Shown one piece after another: positions 31,461-40,962 of a stretch of 64,000 nucleotides of DNA. This stretch comes from Ignavibacteriota bacterium (GTDB lineage Bacteria > Bacteroidota > Ignavibacteria > UBA10030). Made by a program: the position numbers and the translations under genes. The stretch lies in assembly GCA_963727825.1 (NCBI GenBank), contig CAVSHO010000009.1:736001-800000 (forward strand), in the 5' to 3' direction. The notes beneath the pieces were generated by a model. It had not been told where the DNA came from. It saw nothing but the letters and a program-made list of their open reading frames with translations, and did no database searches. Every line of letters begins with the position of its first letter. Position 1 is the first letter of the stretch.

Positions 31461-32253
31461 TCTGTAGAATCTCCCGATTGAGCTTGCCGGATTTAAACCC
31501 TTCTTCATCTATAAGCACTTCTTTGTATCCTAACGATTTCAGAAACCCCTGAACATCGTCAAATATTACCGTAAGTTTTGTAATCGCCCAGGAATCCACC
31601 TCGATTTTTGCAGTTGTTTGAAAGTGTCGAACGCGCACATTTGTAAATCCTTTTTCCCGAATGTAGCGTTCAGCTTGTGCAATCATACTGATAGAAGTTC
31701 TATCGATCATTGTTCCATAAGGAATACGTGAAGAAAGGCATGGCGCAGACGGTTTATCGTGATTCGGCAAACCATATAATAGAGCAGCATCTCGGACATC
31801 CTGCTTGGTAAATTTGGCTTCAATCAATGGAGAGCGAATTTGATATTCTTTTGCGGCAATTCTTCCGGGACGATAATCCCCGATATCATCTAAGTTTGCA
31901 CCATCAAGCATGAACGGGATATTCTCTTTCCCTGCGATTTCGCCAAGCTGCCGATAGAGTTCTTGCTTGCAGAAATAACACCGATTAATAGGATTTGCTG
32001 CATAATTTTTTATCTCAAGTTCGTTGTATGCAATTTCCCGAAAATTGAAGTGATGCATTTCCACTATTGTCCGTGCAAGATCGATATCTTCCGTTGTAAT
32101 AGTATCTGTTACCGCAAGAACAATGAGTGCATTCTTGCCAAGCACTTTATTGGCGACAAAAGCAACTAGCGTCGAATCCACTCCTCCGGAATATCCAACG
32201 ATCACCTTTCCCCAATTTTGAATAAGAGCCTCAAGCTGCTCTGTTTTTTGCAT
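31450..32253 (-). CDS. larE: ATP-dependent sulfur transferase LarE
   Basis: PP-loop SGGVDS, RCYFCK, DYRPG, PCLSSRIPYG, RVRH, GFKSG. Confidence 0.93.
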   Translation of the reverse strand: MQKTEQLEALIQNWGKVIVGYSGGVDSTLVAFVANKVLGKNALIVLAVTDTITTEDIDLARTIVEMHHFNFREIAYNELEIKNYAANPINRCYFCKQELYRQLGEIAGKENIPFMLDGANLDDIGDYRPGRIAAKEYQIRSPLIEAKFTKQDVRDAALLYGLPNHDKPSAPCLSSRIPYGTMIDRTSISMIAQAERYIREKGFTNVRVRHFQTTAKIEVDSWAITKLTVIFDDVQGFLKSLGYKEVLIDEEGFKSGKLNREILQNAK

Positions 32254-32634
32254 GAAGAACCTTTCTGTTTCTGAAATAATCTACGTAAAAAAGTTGAAAC
32301 CTGCTTATGAATATCCCGCGATTTCTTGATGTTTGTGTCGTCATACCAGTCGCAACAATATCGGGAGGAATTAATAATGTTAGGTCCAGCTTTCACAAGG
32401 GCGACAAAATATCTTGCATTTAGAATACGGATTAAATAGATTGATCGGTGAAAAGGTAAGAAAAATATGGACGGGCTGTTGGGGATTCTATCGAGAGGAA
32501 TATATGGCCAACAACTAACGGCACGCCCCTTTTTAATTAACCGCAGAGTAGGCAATCCATATAATACAATACGCACATATTAGGATAAAATCAGCGGTCT
32601 AATCATGGTTGGCTGGTGCGAGAAGAAAGAACCG

Positions 32635-33075
32635 ATGAAACATATCTTTACATTTATACTTTCGTTTATTTTACTTTCTTGTTCACAGAAGCAGGATTCA
32701 TCTAATTCCAAGAAGATACCACAATCAAGTGCCGATACGACGTATGGTTATCTTATTGATATTAATCGTAGTGATTCCGGTTATGTTCATAACATTTTAA
32801 CTTCAATGTACACCGGCTTTACGATTTCTGATGGTGAACTAACAGACTACGATGCGGATGAATTGTTCTTTGGATATAATAAAACCATAATACGCATAAA
32901 TAATTTATATGTAATTCCCATTCGGGTCGGTGTCACAAAATTATTCTTGAGGAACCCTAACAATCTTGATTTAATTTCAGACTCTGTTACAGTTTCTGTT
33001 TTTGAAAAGAATGGAATATTAGAATTACAAACGCAGCGCACGCCAGCGAACCAGTCACCAAGACCGATGGAATAA
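32635..33075 (+). CDS. Hypothetical lipoprotein (cassette 1)
   Basis: MKHIFTFILSFILLSC lipobox; the C-terminal NQSPRPME is encoded by the attC-like sequence. Confidence 0.65.
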   Translation: MKHIFTFILSFILLSCSQKQDSSNSKKIPQSSADTTYGYLIDINRSDSGYVHNILTSMYTGFTISDGELTDYDADELFFGYNKTIIRINNLYVIPIRVGVTKLFLRNPNNLDLISDSVTVSVFEKNGILELQTQRTPANQSPRPME

Positions 33076-33161
33076 GCGTACTGCAAATTACATTGTAAGC
33101 AAAGATTCTATTAAAAATTCTAATCGCACTACGGAAAGTAATCTTTATTAAAATATTAGGA
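33045..33161 (+). repeat. Degenerate attC-like site 1
   Basis: AGCGAAC CAGTCA...GAATAAGCGTACTGCAAATT...ATTAGGA; aligns with the site at 34508. Confidence 0.5.
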
Positions 33162-33166
33162 ACGAT

Positions 33167-33622
33167 ATGTCTATAGATGCAAAATATGTTCATACAAATT
33201 TAATCGCGCGTGATTGGCAAAAGTTGTCTTTGTTTTATCAAGAAGTATTCGGCTTCAAGCCGGTTCTGCCTGAGCGACATTATAAAGGTACCGATCTTGA
33301 ACGCGGCACAGGTGTCAGGGGATCGGAACTTCATGGTATTCACTTGCGGATGCCAGGATATGATGACGGCGGCCCAACATTGGAAATATACACATACACA
33401 ATCCCGGAAGAAGGATCGGTTCCTGCTGTTAATCGTCCTGGATTTGGACATATTGCCTTGTCCGTTACAGAAGTAAGGGATGCTCAAGAAATAGTTCTGC
33501 AAGCCGGTGGAAAAGCTGTCGGAGAAATCGTAACTTTACATACATCTACGGGAGCTAAGGTAACTTGGTGCTACGTAACAGATCCTGAAGGCAATATCAT
33601 CGAATTACAATCATGGTCATAA
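33167..33622 (+). CDS. VOC/glyoxalase-family protein (cassette 2)
   Basis: YVHTNL, GFGHIAL, YVTDPEGNIIELQ. Confidence 0.88.
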   Translation: MSIDAKYVHTNLIARDWQKLSLFYQEVFGFKPVLPERHYKGTDLERGTGVRGSELHGIHLRMPGYDDGGPTLEIYTYTIPEEGSVPAVNRPGFGHIALSVTEVRDAQEIVLQAGGKAVGEIVTLHTSTGAKVTWCYVTDPEGNIIELQSWS

Positions 33623-33677
33623 CAAAGAAAATCGAATACATAAAATATTAATCGCACAGCTTAATCAGGCGTTATCA
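33617..33677 (+). repeat. Degenerate attC-like site 2 (61 bp)
   Basis: TCATAAC containing the stop codon ... GCTTAATCAGGC GTTATCA; the end boxes pair at 6 of 7 positions. Confidence 0.6.
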
Positions 33678-33702
33678 GATATTTATTATTGGATATGAAT
33701 AA

Positions 33703-34047
33703 ATGAAATACAAATATCACCATATTGGCATTCCGACACAAAAACCGTTCAACGGAGAAAAATATCTCAAAGATTACAAGATTTATCATGGTGGATTTGA
33801 AGAGAGCGAATTTGGTATAGAATGGATGCGGTATGAAGAAGGCTGTAATCTTCCAGAAATTGTGAAAACAATCCCACACATTGCATTTGAGGTAGACAAC
33901 ATTTACGAAGCAATAAAAGGTCACAAGGTAATCATTGCACCAAACAGTCCGTCAGAAGGTAATGTAGTTGCATTTATAGAAGAGAATGGCGCTCCGATAG
34001 AATTTATACAAATAAAAAATAGCGCTTTACCAGATGCTACTCTATAG
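33703..34047 (+). CDS. VOC-like small protein (cassette 3)
   Basis: YHHIGIPT, PHIAFEVD, AFIEENGAPIEF. Confidence 0.78.
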   Translation: MKYKYHHIGIPTQKPFNGEKYLKDYKIYHGGFEESEFGIEWMRYEEGCNLPEIVKTIPHIAFEVDNIYEAIKGHKVIIAPNSPSEGNVVAFIEENGAPIEFIQIKNSALPDATL

Positions 34048-34151
34048 CCATCCAGAACAACTATTCAGTCGGGCGGTAGTGCAGCGGGAATTGTCATCCA
34101 TTGGATAGTATAAGATTTTTATCCCTTTACACTATAGACAGGTTGTTATAT

Positions 34152-34487
34152 ATGATCGATAAGACTGTTGCGGAACAATACAAATGGGGTCAAAATTGCA
34201 GTGGCTGGCATCTTGTCAAGTCAGATTCTCTAAGTGTTATTCAGGAGTCGATGCCGCCGCATACATCGGAGTCCCGTCACAAGCATTCCAAATCACGTCA
34301 ATTCTTTTTCATCCTGTCAGGTGAAGCAACATTTGAGATAGATGGCAAGAAACAAATTCTTCAATCAGAACAAGGATTTGAAATTGCTCCTGGCGTTGTG
34401 CATCAAGTTCTTAACAACTCAAACATAGATTTGCAGTTTCTAGTTATTTCCTGTCCCCCAAGTCATAGCGACCGGATTAATATTTAG
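34152..34487 (+). CDS. Cupin domain protein (cassette 4)
   Basis: ATG at 34152; YKWGQNCSGWHLV, HKH..QFFFILSG, PGVVHQ, PSHSDR. Confidence 0.85.
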   Translation: MIDKTVAEQYKWGQNCSGWHLVKSDSLSVIQESMPPHTSESRHKHSKSRQFFFILSGEATFEIDGKKQILQSEQGFEIAPGVVHQVLNNSNIDLQFLVISCPPSHSDRINI

Positions 34488-34507
34488 AAAATATTTCATC
34501 TTGCACC

Positions 34508-34709
34508 GCCAGACCAGTCATTCAAGCTGAAAGAATGGGCCTGCCGACCAGCCCGCTGCGTGTACTGGCGGGAAAGAAGGCAGGCAAGCGCACTGCATAT
34601 TTATAGCTTACAGAAGTTATGTTTTAATTTGAAAGTAATTACAATGAACTATAGAATTGGAAATTTCGCATAATGGGACTACATTATATTAGCTTGTTGG
34701 CTGTTAGGT
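34508..34709 (+). repeat. Degenerate long attC-like site with a 49-bp insertion
   Basis: GCCAGAC CAGTC ATTCAAGCT ... AGCTTG TTGGCT GTTAGGT; outer arms pair and the right box fits GTTRRRY. Confidence 0.65.
34537..34585. repeat. GC-rich nested palindromic insertion
   Basis: Outer arms GCCTGCC/GGCAGGC, inner arms CCCGC/GCGGG; absent from the homologous site at 33045. Confidence 0.6.
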
Positions 34710-34742
34710 TGCGTTGCTCAATTTTTCAAGAGGCATTTCAAT

Positions 34743-34961
34743 ATGGAAAAAATCTCCCCGGAAATTGATGCATTAATTACAACAATCGTTTATTTGAATT
34801 GTCGAGTGGAAGCTATCGTAAGGCTTCTTGAAGAAAAAGGTATTTCGCTTGACTCAAAAGAGATTGACACTCAAATGCGTAGAATCAATTCGATTCAAGG
34901 CAGTGTCATGCGTTATCAAATATCTTGTCGTATAAAAGATCCAAATTTTGATCTTAAATAG
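34743..34961 (+). CDS. Hypothetical 72-aa protein (cassette 5)
   Basis: ORF with GAGG upstream, bounded by attC-like sites. Confidence 0.55.
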   Translation: MEKISPEIDALITTIVYLNCRVEAIVRLLEEKGISLDSKEIDTQMRRINSIQGSVMRYQISCRIKDPNFDLK

Positions 34962-34982
34962 ATCAAAATATTGTTAAATGCC

Positions 34983-35061
34983 GTCTAACCAAGTCGCTCT
35001 CCGTCGGAATGCATGATGGGCAAATCTGCTGGAAAGCAATAGAAGTTGCCATGTGTTAGGT
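34983..35061 (+). repeat. attC-like site (79 bp)
   Basis: GTCTAAC fits RYYYAAC and GTTAGGT fits GTTRRRY; the interior is degenerate. Confidence 0.6.
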
Positions 35062-35087
35062 GGGCATAAAAATATTTGCAACATTAG

Positions 35088-35762
35088 ATGAAAAAAATTA
35101 AACAACCAAGTTTAGATGCTGGTAGATTCTCAATCTGGCTCCGAAATATCCGAAACGTCTTGGCGGTTGAGAATTGCGGAATAAATGTTCCCTGCGGCAA
35201 ATGCCATGCTTGCTGCAGATCTTCCTTTTTTATTCACATTAAACCAGAAGAAACTCGCACTCTTTGCCGAATACCGAAAGAACTCTTGTTTCCTGCTCCT
35301 TTTCTACCTAAAGGTCATATGGTTTTGGGTTACAACGAGCATGGTTGTTGCCCAATGTTTATCGGGAATAAGTGCTCAATTTACAGATTCCGTCCAGCTA
35401 CTTGTCGTAGTTTTGATTGTCGAATTCTTGCCTCAAGTGGAATTATACCTAAGAACCACAATCTAATCGCTCAGCATGTTCGGCGTTGGAAGTTCAGTTA
35501 TCCCAATGAGAGAGACCGCGATCTTCTTTCGGCAGTTCAGACGGCGGCAATATTTTTGAAAAATCATCCTGAATGCATCCGAGGTAAATTAACTTCGAGA
35601 GGCGAAATTCAATTGGCGGTTAACGCAATTAAAGTATATGATGTTTTTTTCAATAATAATATCACGACCGCTAACGTTGCCCAAGCAACTTACGATTCCA
35701 AGATCGTTAGGAAAGTGATGAGGTCGTACAAAATGTTTGAAATGCGTAAATGTGCTGCCTAA
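35088..35762 (+). CDS. YkgJ-family CxxCxxCC cysteine-cluster protein (cassette 6)
   Basis: CGKCHACC, CPMF...CSIYRFRPATCRSFDC; the stop lies in GCCTAAT (R''-like). Confidence 0.82.
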   Translation: MKKIKQPSLDAGRFSIWLRNIRNVLAVENCGINVPCGKCHACCRSSFFIHIKPEETRTLCRIPKELLFPAPFLPKGHMVLGYNEHGCCPMFIGNKCSIYRFRPATCRSFDCRILASSGIIPKNHNLIAQHVRRWKFSYPNERDRDLLSAVQTAAIFLKNHPECIRGKLTSRGEIQLAVNAIKVYDVFFNNNITTANVAQATYDSKIVRKVMRSYKMFEMRKCAA

Positions 35763-35906
35763 TCAAGTGCTCGCCGCCGTTCAAAGAACTTATGCGAGCT
35801 TGCCAATCTAATAAAAATCAGTGCCGAGATAAAAACTGGAGTAATAAAATTCTAGTAATCCTCAATACCAATAGAGCTTTATACCGTTTAATCGGAAAGA
35901 AAAAAA

Positions 35907-36617
35907 TCATATAAGAGCGTGGCTTACTGCCACTATCGCAGCTGTTTCTGTCCGCAGACGGCGCGTGCCAAGCGAGATGGATTTGAATCCAAGATGTACT
36001 GCACAGGCTGTTTCCTCTTCTGTAAAACCACCTTCGGGCCCGACTACAATGAGCAGCGAGTGAATATCCTCATGTAATTTCAATTCAGATGTGATGGTAC
36101 GCGAGGAATCGGTTTTTTCATGAAAAATAAATTTCAACTGATAGTGCGAGGAATTATCGATTAACGATTTTAAATTTTGCAGCGGTTGAATCCGAGGAAG
36201 CCAACTGCGTCCACATTGTTTCATTGCTGAAAGAGCGATCTTTTCCAGGCGTTCATGTTTCTCGCCGTGGGATATGGTGCGCTCACAAGAAATCGGAAGA
36301 ATCGTCCGCACGCCAAGTTCTGTAGTTTTTTCTATTAAATAATCAAACCTTGCGGGATTTTTTAATAACGAGACAGCAAGCGTGACGTCAATTAATGGTT
36401 CGTTGTACTTACGATGCATTGCAGCAATAGTGCAGCGTGTATCTGTTTTTCCTATCTCTGTAATTACTGCTTGATACATCATCTCATTGCCGTCGGTCAC
36501 AAAGATGCGGTCGCCAATATTCTTTCTCAACACTCGGACAAGATGCTTAGATTCGTCACCGCGTAGTGTTAGCCCGTGGCTTGTTACATCTTCCGGTTTG
36601 ACGTAGAAGTATTCCAT
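35907..36617 (-). CDS. rsmE: 16S rRNA m3U1498 methyltransferase
   Basis: HLVRVLR, EKTTELGV, AMKQCGR, VGPEGGF, RRLRTETA; start taken as MEYFYV. Confidence 0.95.
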   Translation of the reverse strand: MEYFYVKPEDVTSHGLTLRGDESKHLVRVLRKNIGDRIFVTDGNEMMYQAVITEIGKTDTRCTIAAMHRKYNEPLIDVTLAVSLLKNPARFDYLIEKTTELGVRTILPISCERTISHGEKHERLEKIALSAMKQCGRSWLPRIQPLQNLKSLIDNSSHYQLKFIFHEKTDSSRTITSELKLHEDIHSLLIVVGPEGGFTEEETACAVHLGFKSISLGTRRLRTETAAIVAVSHALI

Positions 36618-36668
36618 AGTAAAAAATGTGTTTAGATTCCTCAACTGCGAGGAAAATTGAACAGGAAG

Positions 36669-38057
36669 TCAAAATGATACATCAAAGTCAAGAATATAAT
36701 CCATCTTGCTTACGTTGTTTACGGCTGCTTCTGTACGAATTGTGTATCCATATGGCAAAAGAAATTGCAAGCCCGCTCCATATCCGGAGTACCATGGCTG
36801 TTCCGATACAACTTGATTGCGTGACCATGCGATTCCTGCATCAGCAAATAATCCGAAATAAATACCGTAGCGAAGTTTTTGGAATTCCGGCACTTTCAGC
36901 CATTCAATTTCTAAATATCGCGGCAATAGAATCGGCAAGCGCAGTTCAACATTTGCCCCGATTCTATCTTCTGCTTCAATAATTTTACGAAAATACCCGC
37001 GAATACGTTCATCATATCCGAAGAAGACATGCCTATACGAAGGAATCGGTCCGCCCCATGTGAACGACCCATCCGTTCGTAACCCTAATGCACTACCTTC
37101 GTTAAATCCAAAAAATTTTCGCAAGTCGTAACTCGCTGTAGCAATGTTTACATCTGATTCTCCAAATCCGTTTTTTGCGACAGCAAGAGAAATAAGCGTG
37201 CCGTTCGTAGTATATTCATTATTGTCCCTTGTATCAAACCTGTAGGAAAGCGATAACACGAGGAACGCATCACGTCCCGATGAAGATAACGTACTATTTA
37301 ATCGGGGATCACTGACTTGCCAAATTTCATACCCAAAAGTACTTGAGAGCGTTTGATACATGCCAAATCGCTTACCGACTGTTTCGCGCAGGAAAAGGTT
37401 AGAATTCATATATTCTTCAGAATTGCTGCTCAAGTTGTGTAGTTTTTGAAGTGTAAGTGCTGTTCCTATAAAGATATCGTCGTCATCTGTTATTTTAGGA
37501 TTTTGATAGTTGATCATAAATAGTTTATCGTACCCAAAATAAAATAATGTAAAGAGCTTCTCGTTTCGCCCGCGAAAATTTTCATGCATCATCCCTGCAC
37601 CGTAATAAAGTTTTGACAAGTCTCCATATTTCATGCCAAGAACTGGAAATGGAATAAAGTACCACCGTTCCGACACTGTAACGATAACCGTCGCCTGATT
37701 TTGATACACAGAATCTTCAATATCAACTTTATTAAAGAGTCGAAGATTATAGATATTGTTACGGTCGAGGTCTTTCGCTTGCTGTGTAAGTGTATCACCT
37801 ATTTTTAACGACATCTCGCGGAAAATGACTTGTTCCTTTGTTGTACTATTGCCTCGAATTTGAATGTCTTTGATAATAATGGCAGAATCGGTCGCGGTCT
37901 GCGACTGAAGTGGCATATTGAAGAGTGAAATAAAGACGAGAAGCATCAGATTTTTTATCACATAACTCCAAATAGAAGACTTTCTGGGTAAAATAATAAT
38001 TAATATTGTGCGGCATCTTAATGACAGCTGATATTTCCAGAGCAGGTCTCTATTCAC
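36669..38057 (-). CDS. Omp85/BamA-TamA family protein with one POTRA domain (true start probably downstream)
   Basis: POTRA IQIRGNSTTKEQVIFRE, NFRGRNE, IRGY, GYGAGL, C-terminal F. Confidence 0.8.
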   Translation of the reverse strand: MNRDLLWKYQLSLRCRTILIIILPRKSSIWSYVIKNLMLLVFISLFNMPLQSQTATDSAIIIKDIQIRGNSTTKEQVIFREMSLKIGDTLTQQAKDLDRNNIYNLRLFNKVDIEDSVYQNQATVIVTVSERWYFIPFPVLGMKYGDLSKLYYGAGMMHENFRGRNEKLFTLFYFGYDKLFMINYQNPKITDDDDIFIGTALTLQKLHNLSSNSEEYMNSNLFLRETVGKRFGMYQTLSSTFGYEIWQVSDPRLNSTLSSSGRDAFLVLSLSYRFDTRDNNEYTTNGTLISLAVAKNGFGESDVNIATASYDLRKFFGFNEGSALGLRTDGSFTWGGPIPSYRHVFFGYDERIRGYFRKIIEAEDRIGANVELRLPILLPRYLEIEWLKVPEFQKLRYGIYFGLFADAGIAWSRNQVVSEQPWYSGYGAGLQFLLPYGYTIRTEAAVNNVSKMDYILDFDVSF

Positions 38058-38072
38058 AAGAAATATATTGAT

Positions 38073-40962
38073 TTATTTAAATTCTTCCATTGGTGGGCAT
38101 GTGCAGAAAATATTCCGATCACCATAAGTGTTGTTAATTCGACCGACAGCAGGCCAAAATTTATTTTTTTTGAGAGAGGAAACTGGGAATGCTGCTTGTT
38201 CGCGCGAATATTTGTGATTCCACAAATCGCTTGTCACTATCAAAGAAGTATGTGGCGCATTCTTCAAAGGATTATCAATTCTATCAAGCTTCCCATCAAT
38301 GATGCCCTGTATCTCATTCCTGATGGCGAGCATTGCATCGATGAAGCGATCAAGTTCTGCTTTTGGTTCGCTTTCGGTTGGTTCAATCATCATTGTGTCA
38401 TGAACAGGAAACGATATCGTCGGGGCATGGAAACCATAATCCATAAGACGTTTCGCAATATCATCTACTTCAATCCCAGCCTGTTCTTTGAAGGAATTCA
38501 TGTTTAAAATAAATTCATGCCCCACTCTTCCATTTTTGCCTTGATAGAGAACCGAAAAATGACTTTCTAGTTTTGATTTCAGATAATTAGCATTGAGAAT
38601 AGCGGTTTTTGTGACCTCTTTTAATCCTTCCGTGCCAAGCATTTTGATATACGCATAAGAGATAAGTAAAATACTCGCGCTACCCCACGGAGTAGAAGCA
38701 ACTGCGTGTATGGCTTTTTCACCACCGACTTTCAAAATCGAATGTCCGGGCAAGTACGGCGTAAGATTCTGAGTTACACAAATGGGCCCCATTCCAGGAC
38801 CGCCACCGCCATGCGGAATTGCAAAAGTTTTATGTAAATTGATATGGCAAACATCTGCGCCAATTTCTGCGGGAGTTGTAAGTCCAATTTGCGCGTTTAA
38901 ATTTGCACCATCCATATAAACCAAACCGCCATTTTGGTGGATGATATCGCATATTTCTTTAATGCGCTCTTCAAACACACCGTGTGTGGATGGATACGTT
39001 ACCATCAAAGCGGCAAGCGTGTCCTTGTATTGTGTTGCCTTTGCCTGCACGTCGTCCACATCAATATTGCCATTCGAATCGCAATTCACGACGACAACTT
39101 TCATTCCGGCCATCACGGCACTGGCAGGATTAGTGCCATGCGCGGATGATGGAATAAGTGTAACGTTACGTTTTGATTGTTCGTGATCCAGATGAAAAGC
39201 GCGAATCACCAGCAAGCCGGTTAGCTCTCCCTGAGCGCCGGAATTCGGCTGAAGCGAGGCCGCTGAAAAACCGGTAGTCTTACAAAGCGAATTTTCCAAT
39301 TCCTGAAATATCTTGAAATATCCTATTGATTGATCGGCTGGTGCAAACGGATGAATGTTAGCAAATTCCGGCCACGTTAACGGAAGTAATTCTGTCGCAG
39401 CATTCAATTTCATTGTACAAGAACCGAGTGGAATCATCGATGCCGTAAGCGAGAGATCTTTGTTCTCCAAACTCTTAATATAACGCATCATTGCCGTTTC
39501 AGAATGATAGGAGTTGAACACTGGATGCCTGAGAAAAGAACTCATTCTTTGAAATGGAAACGGATATAAAACAGCCGTCGATCCAAATGAAGTGTTGAAT
39601 GATCCTTTATTGACAGCGGCGCCTTTCACTTTTGCAAAGACATTTACCATTGCTTCGATATCTTCAGATGAAGTTGTTTCATCAAGTGAAATGCCGATGT
39701 ATTTATCTTCAATGAAACGAAGGTTATAACCTGCTTCGACAGCAAGTTGAAGAATATGCATCGCTTGTTTTTCGTCCTTCATTTCAATTTTCAGCGTATC
39801 AAAATAAATTTCATTTAGTTGTCTGAAGCCTCGTTTTATTAGTTCCGTATCTAACAATTTAGTCAAGCGATGAATGCGGGTCGCTATATTCTTGATACCC
39901 TCGGGTCCGTGATAAACTGCATACATCCCGGACATTATTGCTAATAGGGCTTGCGCTGTGCATATGTTTGATGTTGCTTTCTCGCGGCGGATGTGCTGTT
40001 CACGGGTTTGAAGTGCTAGGCGATATGCAGTATTGTTTTGTGCATCAATTGAAACACCGATGATCCGGCCGGGCATGTTGCGAATGTATTCATCTTTAGT
40101 CGCAAAGAACGCCGCATGCGGACCACCATAACCGAGTGGAATTCCAAATCGCTGAGAGTTACCGATAACAATATCTGCGCCAAATTCACCCGGAGGGGTT
40201 AACAGTGCTAACGCCATTAAATCAGTTGCGACAATAGCAATTGCGCCTGAGTCATGCACTTTCTTGATAAATCCACGCCGGTCAATTACCGCACCATCTT
40301 CACAAGGATATTGAATTAACGCTCCGAAGAATGATTTATCAAACTCCACTGTATTAGGATTACCAACGACAACTTCGATATTATGTGGAGTGGCGCGTGT
40401 AAGAACAACATCAATAGTCTGGCGGTAACATCGAGCAGAAATAAAAAATTTATTTGCCGGTTTTTCTAGGGATCTGTTGACAATACCATACGCCATCGCC
40501 ATTGCTTCTGCCGCAGCAGTGCCTTCATCTAACAACGAGGCGTTCGCAATAGGCATTTCTGTAAAGTCTGAAACCATTGTCTGGAAGTTGATAAGCGCCT
40601 CGAGCCGGCCCTGCGAAATCTCTGGTTGATATGGTGTGTACCTGCGTGTACCAACCTGGATTCTCAAAAATATTTCGCCGAATAACACTTGGAGTAATGC
40701 AATTATAATATCCCTGACCTAGAAACGACTTAAGCACGATATTATTCTTTGCAATCTCTCGAAGTTCATTCAGTATCTCGTACTCTGTAACCGCGGGATC
40801 CATTTGGATTTGCTGCTTACTACGGATGGTTTCTGGAATTGTTTGATCGATCAATTCATCGATCGAACTAACGCCGACAGCATTGAGCATCTCGGGAATT
40901 TCATGCTCACGGGGGCCGAGATGTCTAGAGAGAAATTCATTTTTAGGTTGCACTGTTTTCAT
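38073..40962 (-). CDS. gcvP: Glycine dehydrogenase (decarboxylating), with a +1 frameshift at about 40641
   Basis: RHLGP; removing one G restores [18 protein letters not shown]; [12 protein letters not shown]; PLP motif HINLHKTF; 962 aa after repair. Confidence 0.95.

Larger units (their letters stand above)
32590..35790 (+). mobile_element. Decayed integron gene-cassette array without an integrase (CALIN-like)
   Basis: Six short unrelated + strand ORFs between minus-strand genes, separated by attC-like remnants; two stop codons lie inside R''-like boxes. Confidence 0.7.

Noticed and set aside
32202-32576. 124-aa ORF as an integrase remnant
   Set aside because: No tyrosine-recombinase motifs; it is likely spurious.
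34030-34151. attC between cassettes 3 and 4
   Set aside because: Only weak end boxes (CCAGAAC...GTTATAT) and no convincing pairing, so it was not annotated.
40525-40962. Split gcvPA/gcvPB arrangement
   Set aside because: The break is at about residue 107, inside WYTQYTPYQ, not at the natural PA/PB boundary.
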